Shown piece by piece: positions 1 through 9,712 of a stretch of DNA of 64,000 bases. A program made the position numbers and the translations under genes. Each line of letters begins with the position of its first letter. Position 1 is the first letter of the stretch. Source of the stretch: an uncultured Planctomycetota bacterium (lineage in GTDB: Bacteria > Planctomycetota > Planctomycetia > Isosphaerales > Isosphaeraceae); assembly GCA_963737655.1 (NCBI GenBank), contig CAVTTN010000002.1, positions 6,560,001 to 6,624,000 on the forward strand. The letters run 5' to 3'. The notes under the pieces are model-generated. The model was not told the origin of the DNA, did no database searches, and saw only the letters and a program-made list of their open reading frames with translations.

Positions 1-1094
1 TCCGTCCGGCGGTACACCTGCTTGGCGAGCGGATACGTCCGCTTCCCGGGACTCTTCTTGATCCGCCCGTGGCCGTCGATCGCCACGAGCTTGTAGACCA
101 TGGACAGGGCCGGCGCGTCCCGGCTGGTGATCAGCTCGGTGCCGACCCCGAAGGCGTCGATCGGGGCCTCGAGCCGGACCAGCTCGGCGATCTTCCATTC
201 GTCGAGGTCGCCGCTGGCGAAGATCCTCGTCGCCCGGCGATTCGAGGCGTCCAGGATCGTCCGGGCCTCCTTGGAGAGCGCGACGAGATCACCGCTGTCG
301 ATCCGAATCCCGACGACCGGCGGCACGATCGCGGCGGCGTGACGGACCCCTTCGAGAGTGTCGTAGGTATCCACCAGCAGAGTCGAATTCTCCGGGAAAA
401 CGCGGACGAACGCGGCGAAGGCGTCTGCCTCGGAGTCGAACGCCTGGACCCAGGCATGGGCCATCGTGCCGACCGGCGGGATTCCCAGCAGGCGAGCGGC
501 CTCGACGTGGCTCGTCCCCGAGAACCCGGCGAAATACGAGGCCCTCGCGGCGAGAAACCCCGCATGAGGCCCGTGGCCTCGCCTCGCGCCGAAATCGACG
601 CACGTCCGGCCCTCCGCCGCCTCGACGATCCGGCTCGCCTTGCTCGCCACGAGCGTCGGGTAGTTCAGAGAGGCGATCAGGAACGTCTCGGCCCACTGGG
701 CCTGGATCAACGGAGCTTCGACCCTCAACAACGTCTCACCAGGAAAGACGACCGTGCCTTCGCGGACCGCCCAGAGGTCCCCCTCGAAGCGTAGGTCGGG
801 AAGCGCGTCGAAGAACCCGGGGTCCACATGAGCGAAGGTCGGGAGCGAGCGGAGGTAGTCGGCCTGCTCGCGAGAGAACGCCAGGCGGAGGAGGTCGCCG
901 ACGGCCTGCTCCAGACCGGCGAACACGAGGTAGGCCCGGCCCGGCGGGAGCCTCCTCACGAAGAGCTCGAAGGAGGCCGTTTTCGACGCCATCCCGGAGG
1001 CGGAATACGCGGCCATCATCGTGACCTGGTAGAGGTCCGTGACGGGGCCGAGATGGTTCGGGTCGGGCCAGAGCGAGGTCGGCGGACGGTGCAT
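1..1094 (-). CDS. pncB: Nicotinate phosphoribosyltransferase (3'-partial, runs off the window edge)
   Basis: Manual translation: MHRPPT...VTDLYQVTMMAAY...FELFVRRLP...DFGARRGHG...GTMAHAWV; absent from the ORF track because no stop lies in the window. Confidence 0.93.
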   Translation of the reverse strand, partial: MHRPPTSLWPDPNHLGPVTDLYQVTMMAAYSASGMASKTASFELFVRRLPPGRAYLVFAGLEQAVGDLLRLAFSREQADYLRSLPTFAHVDPGFFDALPDLRFEGDLWAVREGTVVFPGETLLRVEAPLIQAQWAETFLIASLNYPTLVASKASRIVEAAEGRTCVDFGARRGHGPHAGFLAARASYFAGFSGTSHVEAARLLGIPPVGTMAHAWVQAFDSEADAFAAFVRVFPENSTLLVDTYDTLEGVRHAAAIVPPVVGIRIDSGDLVALSKEARTILDASNRRATRIFASGDLDEWKIAELVRLEAPIDAFGVGTELITSRDAPALSMVYKLVAIDGHGRIKKSPGKRTYPLAKQVYRRT

Positions 1095-1122
1095 GGGTCG
1101 ATCACGAAATGAGGTCGACGGG

Positions 1123-2868
1123 TTAATCCAGACCGGCGGGCGGATCGCGGAATGTCCTGGACCCCGGGGCTTGGCCGAACGTCCCGGAGACCGGAGGTTG
1201 AAGGAGGAGGAGGGCGCTCGACTCGAACCCCTGGCCATGATCCTGCCCACGCCACCCGGGGCCGAGGTCGAGCCGGGTCGCGGGGCTCAGACGGTAGGAG
1301 AAGACTTCGCGGACCTGGAAGGCAGGAGAGAGCCGCTTCAGGGCCTGGAGCCCGTCCGATTCCTGGTCGAGCTGGACCCGATCGATGATCCGAGGGCCGG
1401 GCGGGCCCGGGACGTTCAGGAGGGCCGAGAGGTCGGGCATCCGGCGGATCGCCAGGCCGTTCGAGGCGGCATAGAACAGCTCGGGAGGCCGGACCAGTCC
1501 CGGGATCCCCGCTCCGGTCGGGAACTTTGCCGACAGTTCCCGGACCGCCGAGCGAAGCGAGTCGGTCGGCGCCAGAAGTTCCCGGGAGGGTCCGTCGTGA
1601 TCCGACAGGATCGGCCCGTGAAGCCAGACCGCCAGCCCCAGGACGGCGGTCATCGCTGCGGCAAACGGGCCGAGACGAGGCCGGAGGATGACCGTCGGCT
1701 CGCCGAGGAACTGAGTCGCCATCGCCGCCACGTTCAGCCAGCCGAGGAGGTGTAGGGGGAGCATCAACCTCGCATACGGGTGGTAGAACGGCGAGAGTGC
1801 GGCCATCAGCAACCAGCCGATCGCCACGAGCCTCGGCCCCGGTCGATCGGAGAGGAGCAACCAGGGAGCCAGGGCCAGCCCGGACCAGAGCGAGAGCTCG
1901 GGGAGCAGACCCAGGGCCAGGCAGCCGACCATCAAACCCAGTCGGAATCGTCGCCAGCCGAGGGCCGAAGATCGTCCCACGGCGAAGCCGATCCAGGCCA
2001 CCGGCCAGGCCACGGCCCCCCAGGAGATCGAGCCCCAGAGCGACCCGGAGAGGATCACCGCCTGATCAATCTGGGCCTTGAGGTGTCCCGGCCACGAGCC
2101 GGGTCCGTCCAGGTAGCCGCGATGGTGGCGAGTCAAGGCCGCGTACCCGCCCGGCTGGGCCTCGACGAAGCGATACCACGGCCAGTAGACGGCCGCCGCG
2201 ACCAGGGCTGCCAGCACTCCGAACCCCACCGCCCGAAGGCTCTGGCGACGTCCCCCGGAGGTCGGCCGGACGAGCCCCCAAACCGCCGAGGCGGCGACGA
2301 TCACGCCCGCCAGGACTCCGTTATATTTCGCGTTCTGGGCCAGGCCCACCGAGGCTCCGAAAACGATCGCCCGAATCGCTCCTGGCTTCTCCAAGAATCG
2401 GCTCCCCAGAACCAGCGCCAGGGCCCATGTCAAGAGGAACGTCGAGTCGGTCAGGGCCATCCGGGAGAAGACGATGTGAGGCCCGCTGAGCGCCGCCAGG
2501 GAGGCCGCCATCGCTCCGGCTCCCGGACCGAACGTCCTCCAACCGAGCCAGCCGACGATCGGGATCGTCGCCACCCCGGCCACCTGGGAAACGAAGATCG
2601 CCGCCAGGTCCGACGGGCCTCCCGACAGCAAATAGGCGATCCCCACGAGGATCGAATACAGAGGAGGCGCGTAAGCGATCAGCTCGGGGCTGATTCCGGC
2701 GAGCCCTTTCGGCGAAAGGCTCCAGAGCCCGGCCAGGGCATAGATGCCCTCGTCGAAGTGATTCAAGCCGAGGCGTTGCGGGTTCCAGAACCGCAGGACG
2801 GCCCCAACCAGGGTCACTCCGGCGATGAAGGCCGACTCGCGGCGACCGGGAGTCTGGAGGATCGTCAT
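1123..2868 (-). CDS. GT-C / ArnT-PMT (GT39-like) membrane glycosyltransferase
   Basis: HFDEGIYA loop motif, YAPPLY, SRMALTD, AKYNG; many TM helices. Confidence 0.8.
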   Translation of the reverse strand: MTILQTPGRRESAFIAGVTLVGAVLRFWNPQRLGLNHFDEGIYALAGLWSLSPKGLAGISPELIAYAPPLYSILVGIAYLLSGGPSDLAAIFVSQVAGVATIPIVGWLGWRTFGPGAGAMAASLAALSGPHIVFSRMALTDSTFLLTWALALVLGSRFLEKPGAIRAIVFGASVGLAQNAKYNGVLAGVIVAASAVWGLVRPTSGGRRQSLRAVGFGVLAALVAAAVYWPWYRFVEAQPGGYAALTRHHRGYLDGPGSWPGHLKAQIDQAVILSGSLWGSISWGAVAWPVAWIGFAVGRSSALGWRRFRLGLMVGCLALGLLPELSLWSGLALAPWLLLSDRPGPRLVAIGWLLMAALSPFYHPYARLMLPLHLLGWLNVAAMATQFLGEPTVILRPRLGPFAAAMTAVLGLAVWLHGPILSDHDGPSRELLAPTDSLRSAVRELSAKFPTGAGIPGLVRPPELFYAASNGLAIRRMPDLSALLNVPGPPGPRIIDRVQLDQESDGLQALKRLSPAFQVREVFSYRLSPATRLDLGPGWRGQDHGQGFESSALLLLQPPVSGTFGQAPGSRTFRDPPAGLD

Positions 2869-2908
2869 GGGCGACCATCCTACCCGATCGGCCCACGTTC
2901 CTCACCGA

Positions 2909-2924
2909 CGTTCCACGTGAAACG
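2909..2924. promoter_or_regulatory. parS: parS-like ParB binding site
   Basis: CGTTCCACGTGAAACG matches the GTTNCACGTGAAAC consensus; intergenic between divergent genes. Confidence 0.8.
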
Positions 2925-3032
2925 ACGGAATCGGCGGGCGCTCCTTCGGACTACGCCGAGACGGCCCTGTTGACGGCCCTCGCCCGACGCGCTAGCTTCG
3001 ATGCCAGTCGATCCGTGAGGGAGGCCGCCTCG

Positions 3033-3982
3033 ATGGTCATGCTGTTCACCGACCGCCGGATGATCGCTCACTCGCCGCCCGAGGGGCACCCCGAGAAGCC
3101 CGAGAGGCTCGCCGCCGTCCTCCGTCACCTGGAGCGGACCGGGCTCGATCGAAGGTGCTCGACGGGAACGATCCGCGAGGCGACCGACGAAGAACTCGGC
3201 CGGGTCCATTCGCTCGCGATCCTCACGCCGATCCGCAAGGCCGAATCGCGAGGAGGCGGGCAGGTCGAGGCGGACACCTGGATCTCCTCCGGCTCTGAAC
3301 TTGCCGGTAGACTGGCGGCGGGCGCCGTCGTCGAGGCCGTCTCGGCGGTGATCTCCGGGCCCGATCGCCGGGCCTTTTGCGCGGTCCGGCCTCCGGGCCA
3401 TCACGCCCGGCCGTCCGAACCGATGGGCTTTTGCCTGTTCGACAGCGTGGCCGTGGGGGCGGCGGACGCCGTGGAGCGCATCGGGCTGGCCCGCGTCCTG
3501 ATCGTGGATTGGGACGTTCACCACGGCAACGGCACTCAGGAGATTTTTTACGAAGACCCTCGCGTCACGTTCCTCTCGGTCCATCGCCACCCGTTCTATC
3601 CCGGGACCGGCCTGGAAGACGAGACGGGCCGGGGTCGGGGCCTGGGCTTCACGAGGAACGTGCCGTTGCCGTACGGGATCTCGCGGAGCGAGTACCTGGC
3701 GGCGTTTCGCGCGAATCTCCACGAGGTCGCCGACCGGGTCCGGCCCGAGCTGGTGATCGTCTCGGCCGGGTTCGACGCGCACGCCGAGGACCCGGTCGGC
3801 GACCTCGGGCTGGAGGTCGAGGACTTCCAGGCGATGACTCGGGACGTCCTGGACGTGGCCGAGACCCATGCCGGAGGGCGGATCGTCAGCGTGATGGAAG
3901 GCGGATACAACCTGCCGATCCTGGCTGGCAGCGTTGCCGCCCACATGGAAATCCTGCTGGCCGAGGGAAGGGGGCCCGATGA
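3033..3982 (+). CDS. Histone deacetylase-family (acetylpolyamine/lysine deacetylase) protein; natural stop probably displaced by a 1-nt indel
   Basis: HPEKPERL, RPPGHHA, MGFCLF, DWDVHHGNGTQ, SAGFDAH, EGGY; one more G in the 3970-3974 run gives TGA at 3980-3982 overlapping the next ATG. Confidence 0.88.
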
Positions 3983-5271
3983 GCCTCGAAGCCCGGTCAC
4001 CCCGAAGGGTCTCGCCGATCGCCCGAATCCTGATCGCCATGGCCCTGGGCATCCTGCTTGGGTGTTTGCTCCGACTCGAGTCGCCTACGAGGCGGTCAAC
4101 TCATGCCGCGGAGCTGGAGGCGATCGGTCGGGTGGTGATCGACATGGTGAAGGCCCTGGCCGCCCCCTTGCTCCTCTTCGCGGTCCTCGACGCCTTCCTC
4201 CGCACCGAGATCCGCGCGAGGGCCGGAGCCACGATGGTGGCCATCGCCTTGACCAACGCGGCGATCGCGCTGGGGATCGGCCTGACGCTCTCGAACGTCC
4301 TGAAGCCCGGCTCGTCGTTTCACATCGAGACCAGCGCGGCCGATTCGAAGAGTCTCGCCGAGTTCCAGAAGCGCGCCCAGTCCATCGACTTCCTGAAGGA
4401 GATCACCGGCTACCTGCCGACGAATGTGGTCCGTCCGTTCGTGGACAACGCGATCATCACCATCGTGATCCTGGCGGTCCTGGTCGGCGCCGCCCTTCGG
4501 AGGGCCAAGACCGAGCAGATCGCCCTGGGCCGTGACGATTACCTCGTGGTCGAGGGGCTCGTCTCGACCATGCTCCGGGCCGTGGAGATCGTCCTGGGCT
4601 GGGTGATGGTCCTGATCCCTCTGGCGGTCTTCGCGGCCGTCAGCACGGCCATCGGTCGCCACGGATTCGGCGTGTTCCGAGGGCTGGCGGCGTACGTGGG
4701 AGCGGCTTCGCTCGGCCTGGCGCTCCAGGTTTTCGTGGTGTACCAGGCATGGATCGTCCTGGTGGCGAGGAAGCCGTTGGGATGGTTCTGGAAGGGGGCG
4801 CGAGCTCCATTGGCCGTCGCGATGGGCACCGCCAGCAGCATGGCGACGCTCCCCGAGACCCTGAAGGCCCTCAGGAAGATGGACGTTTCTCCCCAGTCGG
4901 CGAACCTCGCCGCCTGCGTGGGGACGAACCTCAATAACGACGGGATCTTGCTCTACGAGGCGATGGCCGTCCTGTTCGTGGCCCAGGCCTACGGGGTGCC
5001 CTTCCCGATCGACAAGCAACTCGTGGCCGTGGCCGCCTGTGCAATTGCCGGGATGGGGATCTCGGGCATCCCTGACGCAGGCTTCCTCTCGCTGACGATC
5101 GTCCTCGCGACGGTCGACCTGCCGGTGACGATCCTGCCCGTCCTGTTGACGGTCGATTGGCTGATCGGCCGGATGAGGGCGATGACCAACGTGACCAGCG
5201 ACATGCTCGTGGCCGTGTTGCTCGATCGCCTGGCCCCCTCGAAACGGAGACCCGACGAGCTTCCCGGCTGA
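3979..5271 (+). CDS. Dicarboxylate/amino acid:cation symporter (DAACS, GltP-like)
   Basis: GTASSMATLP, GTNLNNDG, DWLIGRMRAMTNVTSD motifs. Confidence 0.9.
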   Translation: MSLEARSPRRVSPIARILIAMALGILLGCLLRLESPTRRSTHAAELEAIGRVVIDMVKALAAPLLLFAVLDAFLRTEIRARAGATMVAIALTNAAIALGIGLTLSNVLKPGSSFHIETSAADSKSLAEFQKRAQSIDFLKEITGYLPTNVVRPFVDNAIITIVILAVLVGAALRRAKTEQIALGRDDYLVVEGLVSTMLRAVEIVLGWVMVLIPLAVFAAVSTAIGRHGFGVFRGLAAYVGAASLGLALQVFVVYQAWIVLVARKPLGWFWKGARAPLAVAMGTASSMATLPETLKALRKMDVSPQSANLAACVGTNLNNDGILLYEAMAVLFVAQAYGVPFPIDKQLVAVAACAIAGMGISGIPDAGFLSLTIVLATVDLPVTILPVLLTVDWLIGRMRAMTNVTSDMLVAVLLDRLAPSKRRPDELPG

Positions 5272-5273
5272 AG

Positions 5274-5348
5274 TGACCCCGACGGGATTCGAACCCGTGT
5301 ACCGACCTTGAAAGGGTCGTGTCCTGGACCTGGCTAGACGACGGGGCC
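5274..5348 (-). tRNA. tRNA-Glu(TTC)
   Basis: Acceptor GGCCCCG/CGGGGTC, anticodon arm CGACC-CTTTCAA-GGTCG, GGTTCGAATCC T-loop; no encoded CCA. Confidence 0.95.
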
Positions 5349-5522
5349 CCTGGGCGAGGCGAGTGAGTTACTGTACGCTTCGGACGTCGCCGCGGTCAAG
5401 GCCGCGCCGGGCAGACCTCGGCTCGAACACCCCGAAGGTTGAAGGCGGGTTGATCCTCCCGGAGCGACTTGCTACCCTCGGGACCGATCCCGACCGACAG
5501 GACGGCTGAGGAGGGCACCCCG

Positions 5523-6086
5523 ATGCTTCGCATCTTGCTGCTGACCGGCGATGCCGGCGAAGCCCAGGAAATCTACTACGCCAAGTATCGCCTGGAAGAG
5601 GAGGGGTGGACGGTCCAGATCGCCGCTCCAACCAAGCGGACCTTCCTGTCGGTCGTCCACGACTTCGACCCGGCCTATGACACGTACGTCGAGAAGCCTG
5701 GATACTTCGTCCAGGCCGACCTCGGGCTGGACGACGTGGACGCGGCGAGCTTCGATGCCCTGGTGTTGCCCGGAGGTCGCGCCCCGGAGTACTTGCGGAA
5801 CCGGCCGAAGGCCGTGGCGATCGTCCGCCATTTCGTCGAGTCGAAGAAGCCGATCGCCGCGAACTGCCACGGCCCGTTGCTCGTCATCGCCGCCGGAGGG
5901 GCCTCGGGTCGGACGATGACGTGCTATCCCGAGCTGGAGCCGGACGTCCGGGCCGCCGGCGCCGAGTTCGTCAACCGAGACGTGGTCGTGGACGGGCCCC
6001 TGGTGACCGTCCGGGGTTGGCCCGATAACGGTCCCTGGATGAGGGAGTTCGTCCGCCTGCTCAAGGGCATCGCGGGGAAGTCGTGA
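5523..6086 (+). CDS. DJ-1/PfpI family protein
   Basis: LVLPGGRAPEYLR, AANCHGP nucleophile elbow, VVVDGPLVT. Confidence 0.92.
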   Translation: MLRILLLTGDAGEAQEIYYAKYRLEEEGWTVQIAAPTKRTFLSVVHDFDPAYDTYVEKPGYFVQADLGLDDVDAASFDALVLPGGRAPEYLRNRPKAVAIVRHFVESKKPIAANCHGPLLVIAAGGASGRTMTCYPELEPDVRAAGAEFVNRDVVVDGPLVTVRGWPDNGPWMREFVRLLKGIAGKS

Positions 6087-6134
6087 GGCGGGCCGCCAAT
6101 CGGCGATTCGAGGCGGGAGGTTTCGGGGGCTCGA

Positions 6135-6341
6135 TCACTCCGGGTCACCGGCCGGCGGGCTGGTTTCCCGGACCTTGTTGGCGTTCTGAATCGCGTCATA
6201 CACCTCGCGACGATGAACGCTTACGTCTTTCGGCGCGTCGATCCCCAGGCGGACCTTGTCGCCGCGGATCTCCACCACGGTGATCGTGATGTGATCGTTG
6301 ATGATGATGCTCTCGTTCTTCTTCCGCGAGAGAACAAGCAT
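6135..6341 (-). CDS. csrA: Carbon storage regulator CsrA
   Basis: [14 protein letters not shown]...[19 protein letters not shown]. Confidence 0.97.
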   Translation of the reverse strand: MLVLSRKKNESIIINDHITITVVEIRGDKVRLGIDAPKDVSVHRREVYDAIQNANKVRETSPPAGDPE

Positions 6342-6485
6342 CGACGTACCCTCTCCAACCTGGGTACTCCGAGCCACGTCGGCCGGCTTCACGTATCCAA
6401 ACGTTTAAGGGCCGGCCGATGGAATTCCGCGCCCGGGGACCGGTTGACCGATCCCATCATTCCCCGAGCGCGCCGAGGGCGTCAA
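6342..6485 (-). promoter_or_regulatory. Putative csrA promoter and GGA-rich 5' leader
   Basis: TTGACG -35 at 6480-6485; five GGA motifs in the leader, two of them in hairpin loops. Confidence 0.45.
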
Positions 6486-6693
6486 GAGGTTGCGCCATTT
6501 TCTCGCTCGCGAGGGTCGTGCGGACCCTGGGCGATTTTGCCAGTCTGGGAAGACTGCAAGGAAGTTCGAACCGGATTGGCGATGCGATTCGGCTATCTGT
6601 TGCCCGAACTTGGGGTCTGGAACGGCTCAGGACGCTTTCTTGGCTCATCTCGTCGCAAGGACTCGGTCTGAGAAGGCTCGAAAAAAAGTTTCG

Positions 6694-7431
6694 TTAATCC
6701 GTCTCGGATGAGTAGCGACGGTAGAGGGTGCCCAGGCCGAGGTCGTAGATTTCGGCCTCGATGTCATCCTTGGTCGCCGGGTGGATGGTCACCCGAAGTT
6801 CCTCGATCAGGAGTTCCAGGAATTTGCCGCGGGCCCTCTGAAGGGTCTTTCGGAACGCTTCGGCGGAGATCTTCGAGCCGACCTGAGCCCCGAGGTTTTC
6901 GGCAAGCTGGTCGATCGGGGCCTCGGGGTTCTCGACGCGGAGATGCAGGACGCTGGCGTAGCGGTTCTTGGGAGTGCTCGCCTCGTAGGTTTCCAGCCGC
7001 GACCACACGCGACGGATCACGGCCTCCCGCCAGACCCGGTCATATTCGGCGTCATTGGCGGTGGGGTCGAGCAGGTCGCCCGGCGGCAGCGGCTGGAGCT
7101 TCCGGCCCCGGAAATGATCCACGATCAGCCGGTGGAGGACCGTGCGGAGGTAGTCGCGAAACCGCCCCTTGTTGTGGTCCGCGCCGGCGAGCTTATGGTC
7201 GAGCAGCTTGGTCCAGAATTCCTGGAAGACCTCGTCGGCGAGGTTCCGGTCTCGGAGCTTCAGGCGGAGGTAGCGCTCGACGGCATCGTGGTAGCGGCCG
7301 ATCAGCTCGCGCATCGCGGCGGTCCCGGCGGGGCCGGGCATGTGGGCGGTGCGGATCGTCGTCCAGCTCGTGTCGAGCGTGGTCAGGCGATCGCCGGGCG
7401 GGGGAGTTGCGGAGTCGTCATCATCGGCCAT
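6694..7431 (-). CDS. ECF-type RNA polymerase sigma factor
   Basis: TSWTTI N-terminal motif, ADEVFQEF, KGRFRDYLRTVL, region-4 AFRKTLQRAR; start 7431 or 7437. Confidence 0.85.
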   Translation of the reverse strand: MADDDDSATPPPGDRLTTLDTSWTTIRTAHMPGPAGTAAMRELIGRYHDAVERYLRLKLRDRNLADEVFQEFWTKLLDHKLAGADHNKGRFRDYLRTVLHRLIVDHFRGRKLQPLPPGDLLDPTANDAEYDRVWREAVIRRVWSRLETYEASTPKNRYASVLHLRVENPEAPIDQLAENLGAQVGSKISAEAFRKTLQRARGKFLELLIEELRVTIHPATKDDIEAEIYDLGLGTLYRRYSSETD

Positions 7432-9712
7432 GGCCACCCCCCGCGGTCGATCCGGCCCGGGTTATCGCCGGCCGGTCGCTCGGTCGGCCAGTCGAGACCG
7501 AGGGCCGTTTCACGTGAAACCCCGTCGTCCTCGCGCGGGCCTCTTCTCGACGGCCTATCTGAAAGCAAGCCGCGCCCGATGTCAAGCGCCCCGGCCACGA
7601 TCCGATCAGGACGAGGGCCGCGAGCGACCCGATCGAGGCCCATCGGCCTCGCCGATGGCTCGCCGGATCGAATCGGAAGACCACCTCGTGCCGCCCGCCG
7701 GCGACCGGCACGCCGAGATAATCTCCATCACAGGCGATCACCTCGGCCACCCGGCCATCCAGCTCCGCCCGCCACCCGGGATGCCAGGCCTCGTTGACCA
7801 TGAGGAACCGGCGACCGCTGGACTCGGTGACGACCCGAATCCGGCCCGGCCGATCCTCCTGGATGGTCGCCGATCCCGGGGCCCCGGGTTCGACGTCCAC
7901 GGCCGAAGTCAAGCAGACGGTCGTTGCCGGATCGACCCGAGCGAGCGCGGAGGCGGGGTCGGGATCGACGACCACGCGGTCCACCAGGCGCGCCCTCGGC
8001 AGGGGGCGATCGACGAGGATCCATCGCGAGGGATGGTCGCCCTCGGCCCGAATCCAGCCGACCCCGGCAATCCTCAGAGCGGCCGGAGAGGCAACGTCGA
8101 GGCCCCGACGGGGCGTCAAGCCGACGTAGCCGCCGACGAGTCGCGCGCCTCCGGCCGATCCACGATTGAACGGCGCCACGATCCGATCCCCGTGGGGTCT
8201 GGGCGGACGCGCCTCGGCATCCGCCAGACGCTCCGGAGTCTCCGGACGATCGTGACGGAGCAGGGGGGCGAGCGAGGCTGTTACCGAATCGGCGGCGGCA
8301 AGGACAATCAGCAAGGCCGGGGCCAGTCGATAGCCACGGGCCGCGCCTGCGACCAGAATCGCGGCGGAAGCGGGCCACAGGAGGCCGAGCGTCGCCGGAC
8401 CTATCGCGGCGATCCCCCGGAGCCGGAGGGGTCCGGCGACTGAGAGCACGGTGACCGTCGCCACCATCCCAGCCAGCGCCGGCAGGGCGAGCGGACCGAG
8501 CCTAGCTCGGGGCATTGGCCTCCTTCGCGACACGAATGCCGAAAGGTCCGCGAATGCGATCGCTGCCATGACCGCGAGCGCCGCCTGACCGAGCCCCAGA
8601 AATCGGGCGGGCCCTCGAAAGACACTCCAGAGCGGCACTCGGATCAGGATGGGAAACAGGGGCGAATAGGCACCGAGGGCCAGGAGGTATGACCCGACCG
8701 CAATCGTGGCCGAAGTCGTCAGGATGGTCCCGATCGCCCTCGACTCGACCCCCGGGACCGTCACCGCCGAGCGTCGGATCGCCAGCCAGGCCAGCAGCGC
8801 CGGGACGACCGCCCCCGGGCTCGCCGCCGACTCGTGGCGCGGCCAGGCCGATCGGCCTTCGAGGAGATGATGTCCGGCCCGAAAGATCGCGGGGGCCACG
8901 ATCTGGAGGAGGTCCATCGGATGGAGCGAATCCATCCCGAGGAACACGGCCGACGGATGGCCCCGGGTCGATAGCCGGAGCGATTCCAGGGTCGGCAGGA
9001 CCTGGGCCATCCCGCCACCGAGACCGAGGCCCTTCGCCGCCAACCACCGGAGCCAGAGGGAGCGATCGCGACGGAACGTCACCATCGCCGCGGCCATCTC
9101 GGCGATCCCGGAAAAGGCCACGTACTGGGGGTAGCCCAGCAGGACTTCCGACGTCGTCAGCAAGCCCACCGCCAGGAACGAAGCACGCGGGTTCCTCCTC
9201 ATCGAGGCGATCGCCAGGAGGAGCCACGGCCAATGGGCCATCACCCCGAGTGCGTTCGGATGGACGTAGCGGAGCAGGATGAAGCCGGAGAACACGAAGA
9301 GCAGGGCACCAAGCAAGGCGGAGTCCCAGGGGAGGCCGAGGCGACGGATCCAGAGGACCATTCCGACGGCCAGGAACGCATAAGGGCCCGCGATTTCCAG
9401 CCCAAACGCCGCCGGTAGCGGCAGAGAGGCCCGGACGAGCCGGAGGACGGGATGCTCCAGGCCGAGCTGGCCCTCGCCGTGGAGGTCGAAGCCGCAGAGG
9501 ATCGCCGGCTGCCATCGGGGGTCGTCGCCCTGAGCGACGCTCCGGGCCGCCAGGATTCGCATGGGGAGATGAAACGCGCCGAGGTCGTCGGCGTGAAAGA
9601 CCCGGCCCGAGGCGATCGGGGCGACGATCGGCACGAGCAACCCGACGAGGGTTGCCATCGCCAGGGTCGCCCGCCCGGCTACGGTTCGGAGGTCGAGGAA
9701 GGATCGAATCAT
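7421..9712 (-). CDS. YfhO-like GT-C membrane protein (putative glycosyltransferase)
   Basis: DDL..FHLP, PRWQP...GFDLHGEGQLG, C-terminal NEAWHPGWRAELDG...VPVAGGRHEVVFRF; ATGA-coupled to the upstream gene; the last ~50 codons may be readthrough. Confidence 0.8.
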   Translation of the reverse strand: MIRSFLDLRTVAGRATLAMATLVGLLVPIVAPIASGRVFHADDLGAFHLPMRILAARSVAQGDDPRWQPAILCGFDLHGEGQLGLEHPVLRLVRASLPLPAAFGLEIAGPYAFLAVGMVLWIRRLGLPWDSALLGALLFVFSGFILLRYVHPNALGVMAHWPWLLLAIASMRRNPRASFLAVGLLTTSEVLLGYPQYVAFSGIAEMAAAMVTFRRDRSLWLRWLAAKGLGLGGGMAQVLPTLESLRLSTRGHPSAVFLGMDSLHPMDLLQIVAPAIFRAGHHLLEGRSAWPRHESAASPGAVVPALLAWLAIRRSAVTVPGVESRAIGTILTTSATIAVGSYLLALGAYSPLFPILIRVPLWSVFRGPARFLGLGQAALAVMAAIAFADLSAFVSRRRPMPRARLGPLALPALAGMVATVTVLSVAGPLRLRGIAAIGPATLGLLWPASAAILVAGAARGYRLAPALLIVLAAADSVTASLAPLLRHDRPETPERLADAEARPPRPHGDRIVAPFNRGSAGGARLVGGYVGLTPRRGLDVASPAALRIAGVGWIRAEGDHPSRWILVDRPLPRARLVDRVVVDPDPASALARVDPATTVCLTSAVDVEPGAPGSATIQEDRPGRIRVVTESSGRRFLMVNEAWHPGWRAELDGRVAEVIACDGDYLGVPVAGGRHEVVFRFDPASHRRGRWASIGSLAALVLIGSWPGRLTSGAACFQIGRREEARARTTGFHVKRPSVSTGRPSDRPAITRAGSTAGGGHGR
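7506..7521. promoter_or_regulatory. parS: parS-like ParB binding site
   Basis: Perfect 14-bp palindrome GTTTCACGTGAAAC. Confidence 0.85.

Noticed and set aside
2970..4535. 521-aa HDAC overlapping the symporter by 550 nt
   Set aside because: The tail is the off-frame translation of the symporter; one extra G in a homopolymer restores an ATGA junction.
5274..5348. tRNA-Glu or the tRNA cluster as an island integration site
   Set aside because: No duplicated tRNA 3' end, integrase or compositional shift seen.
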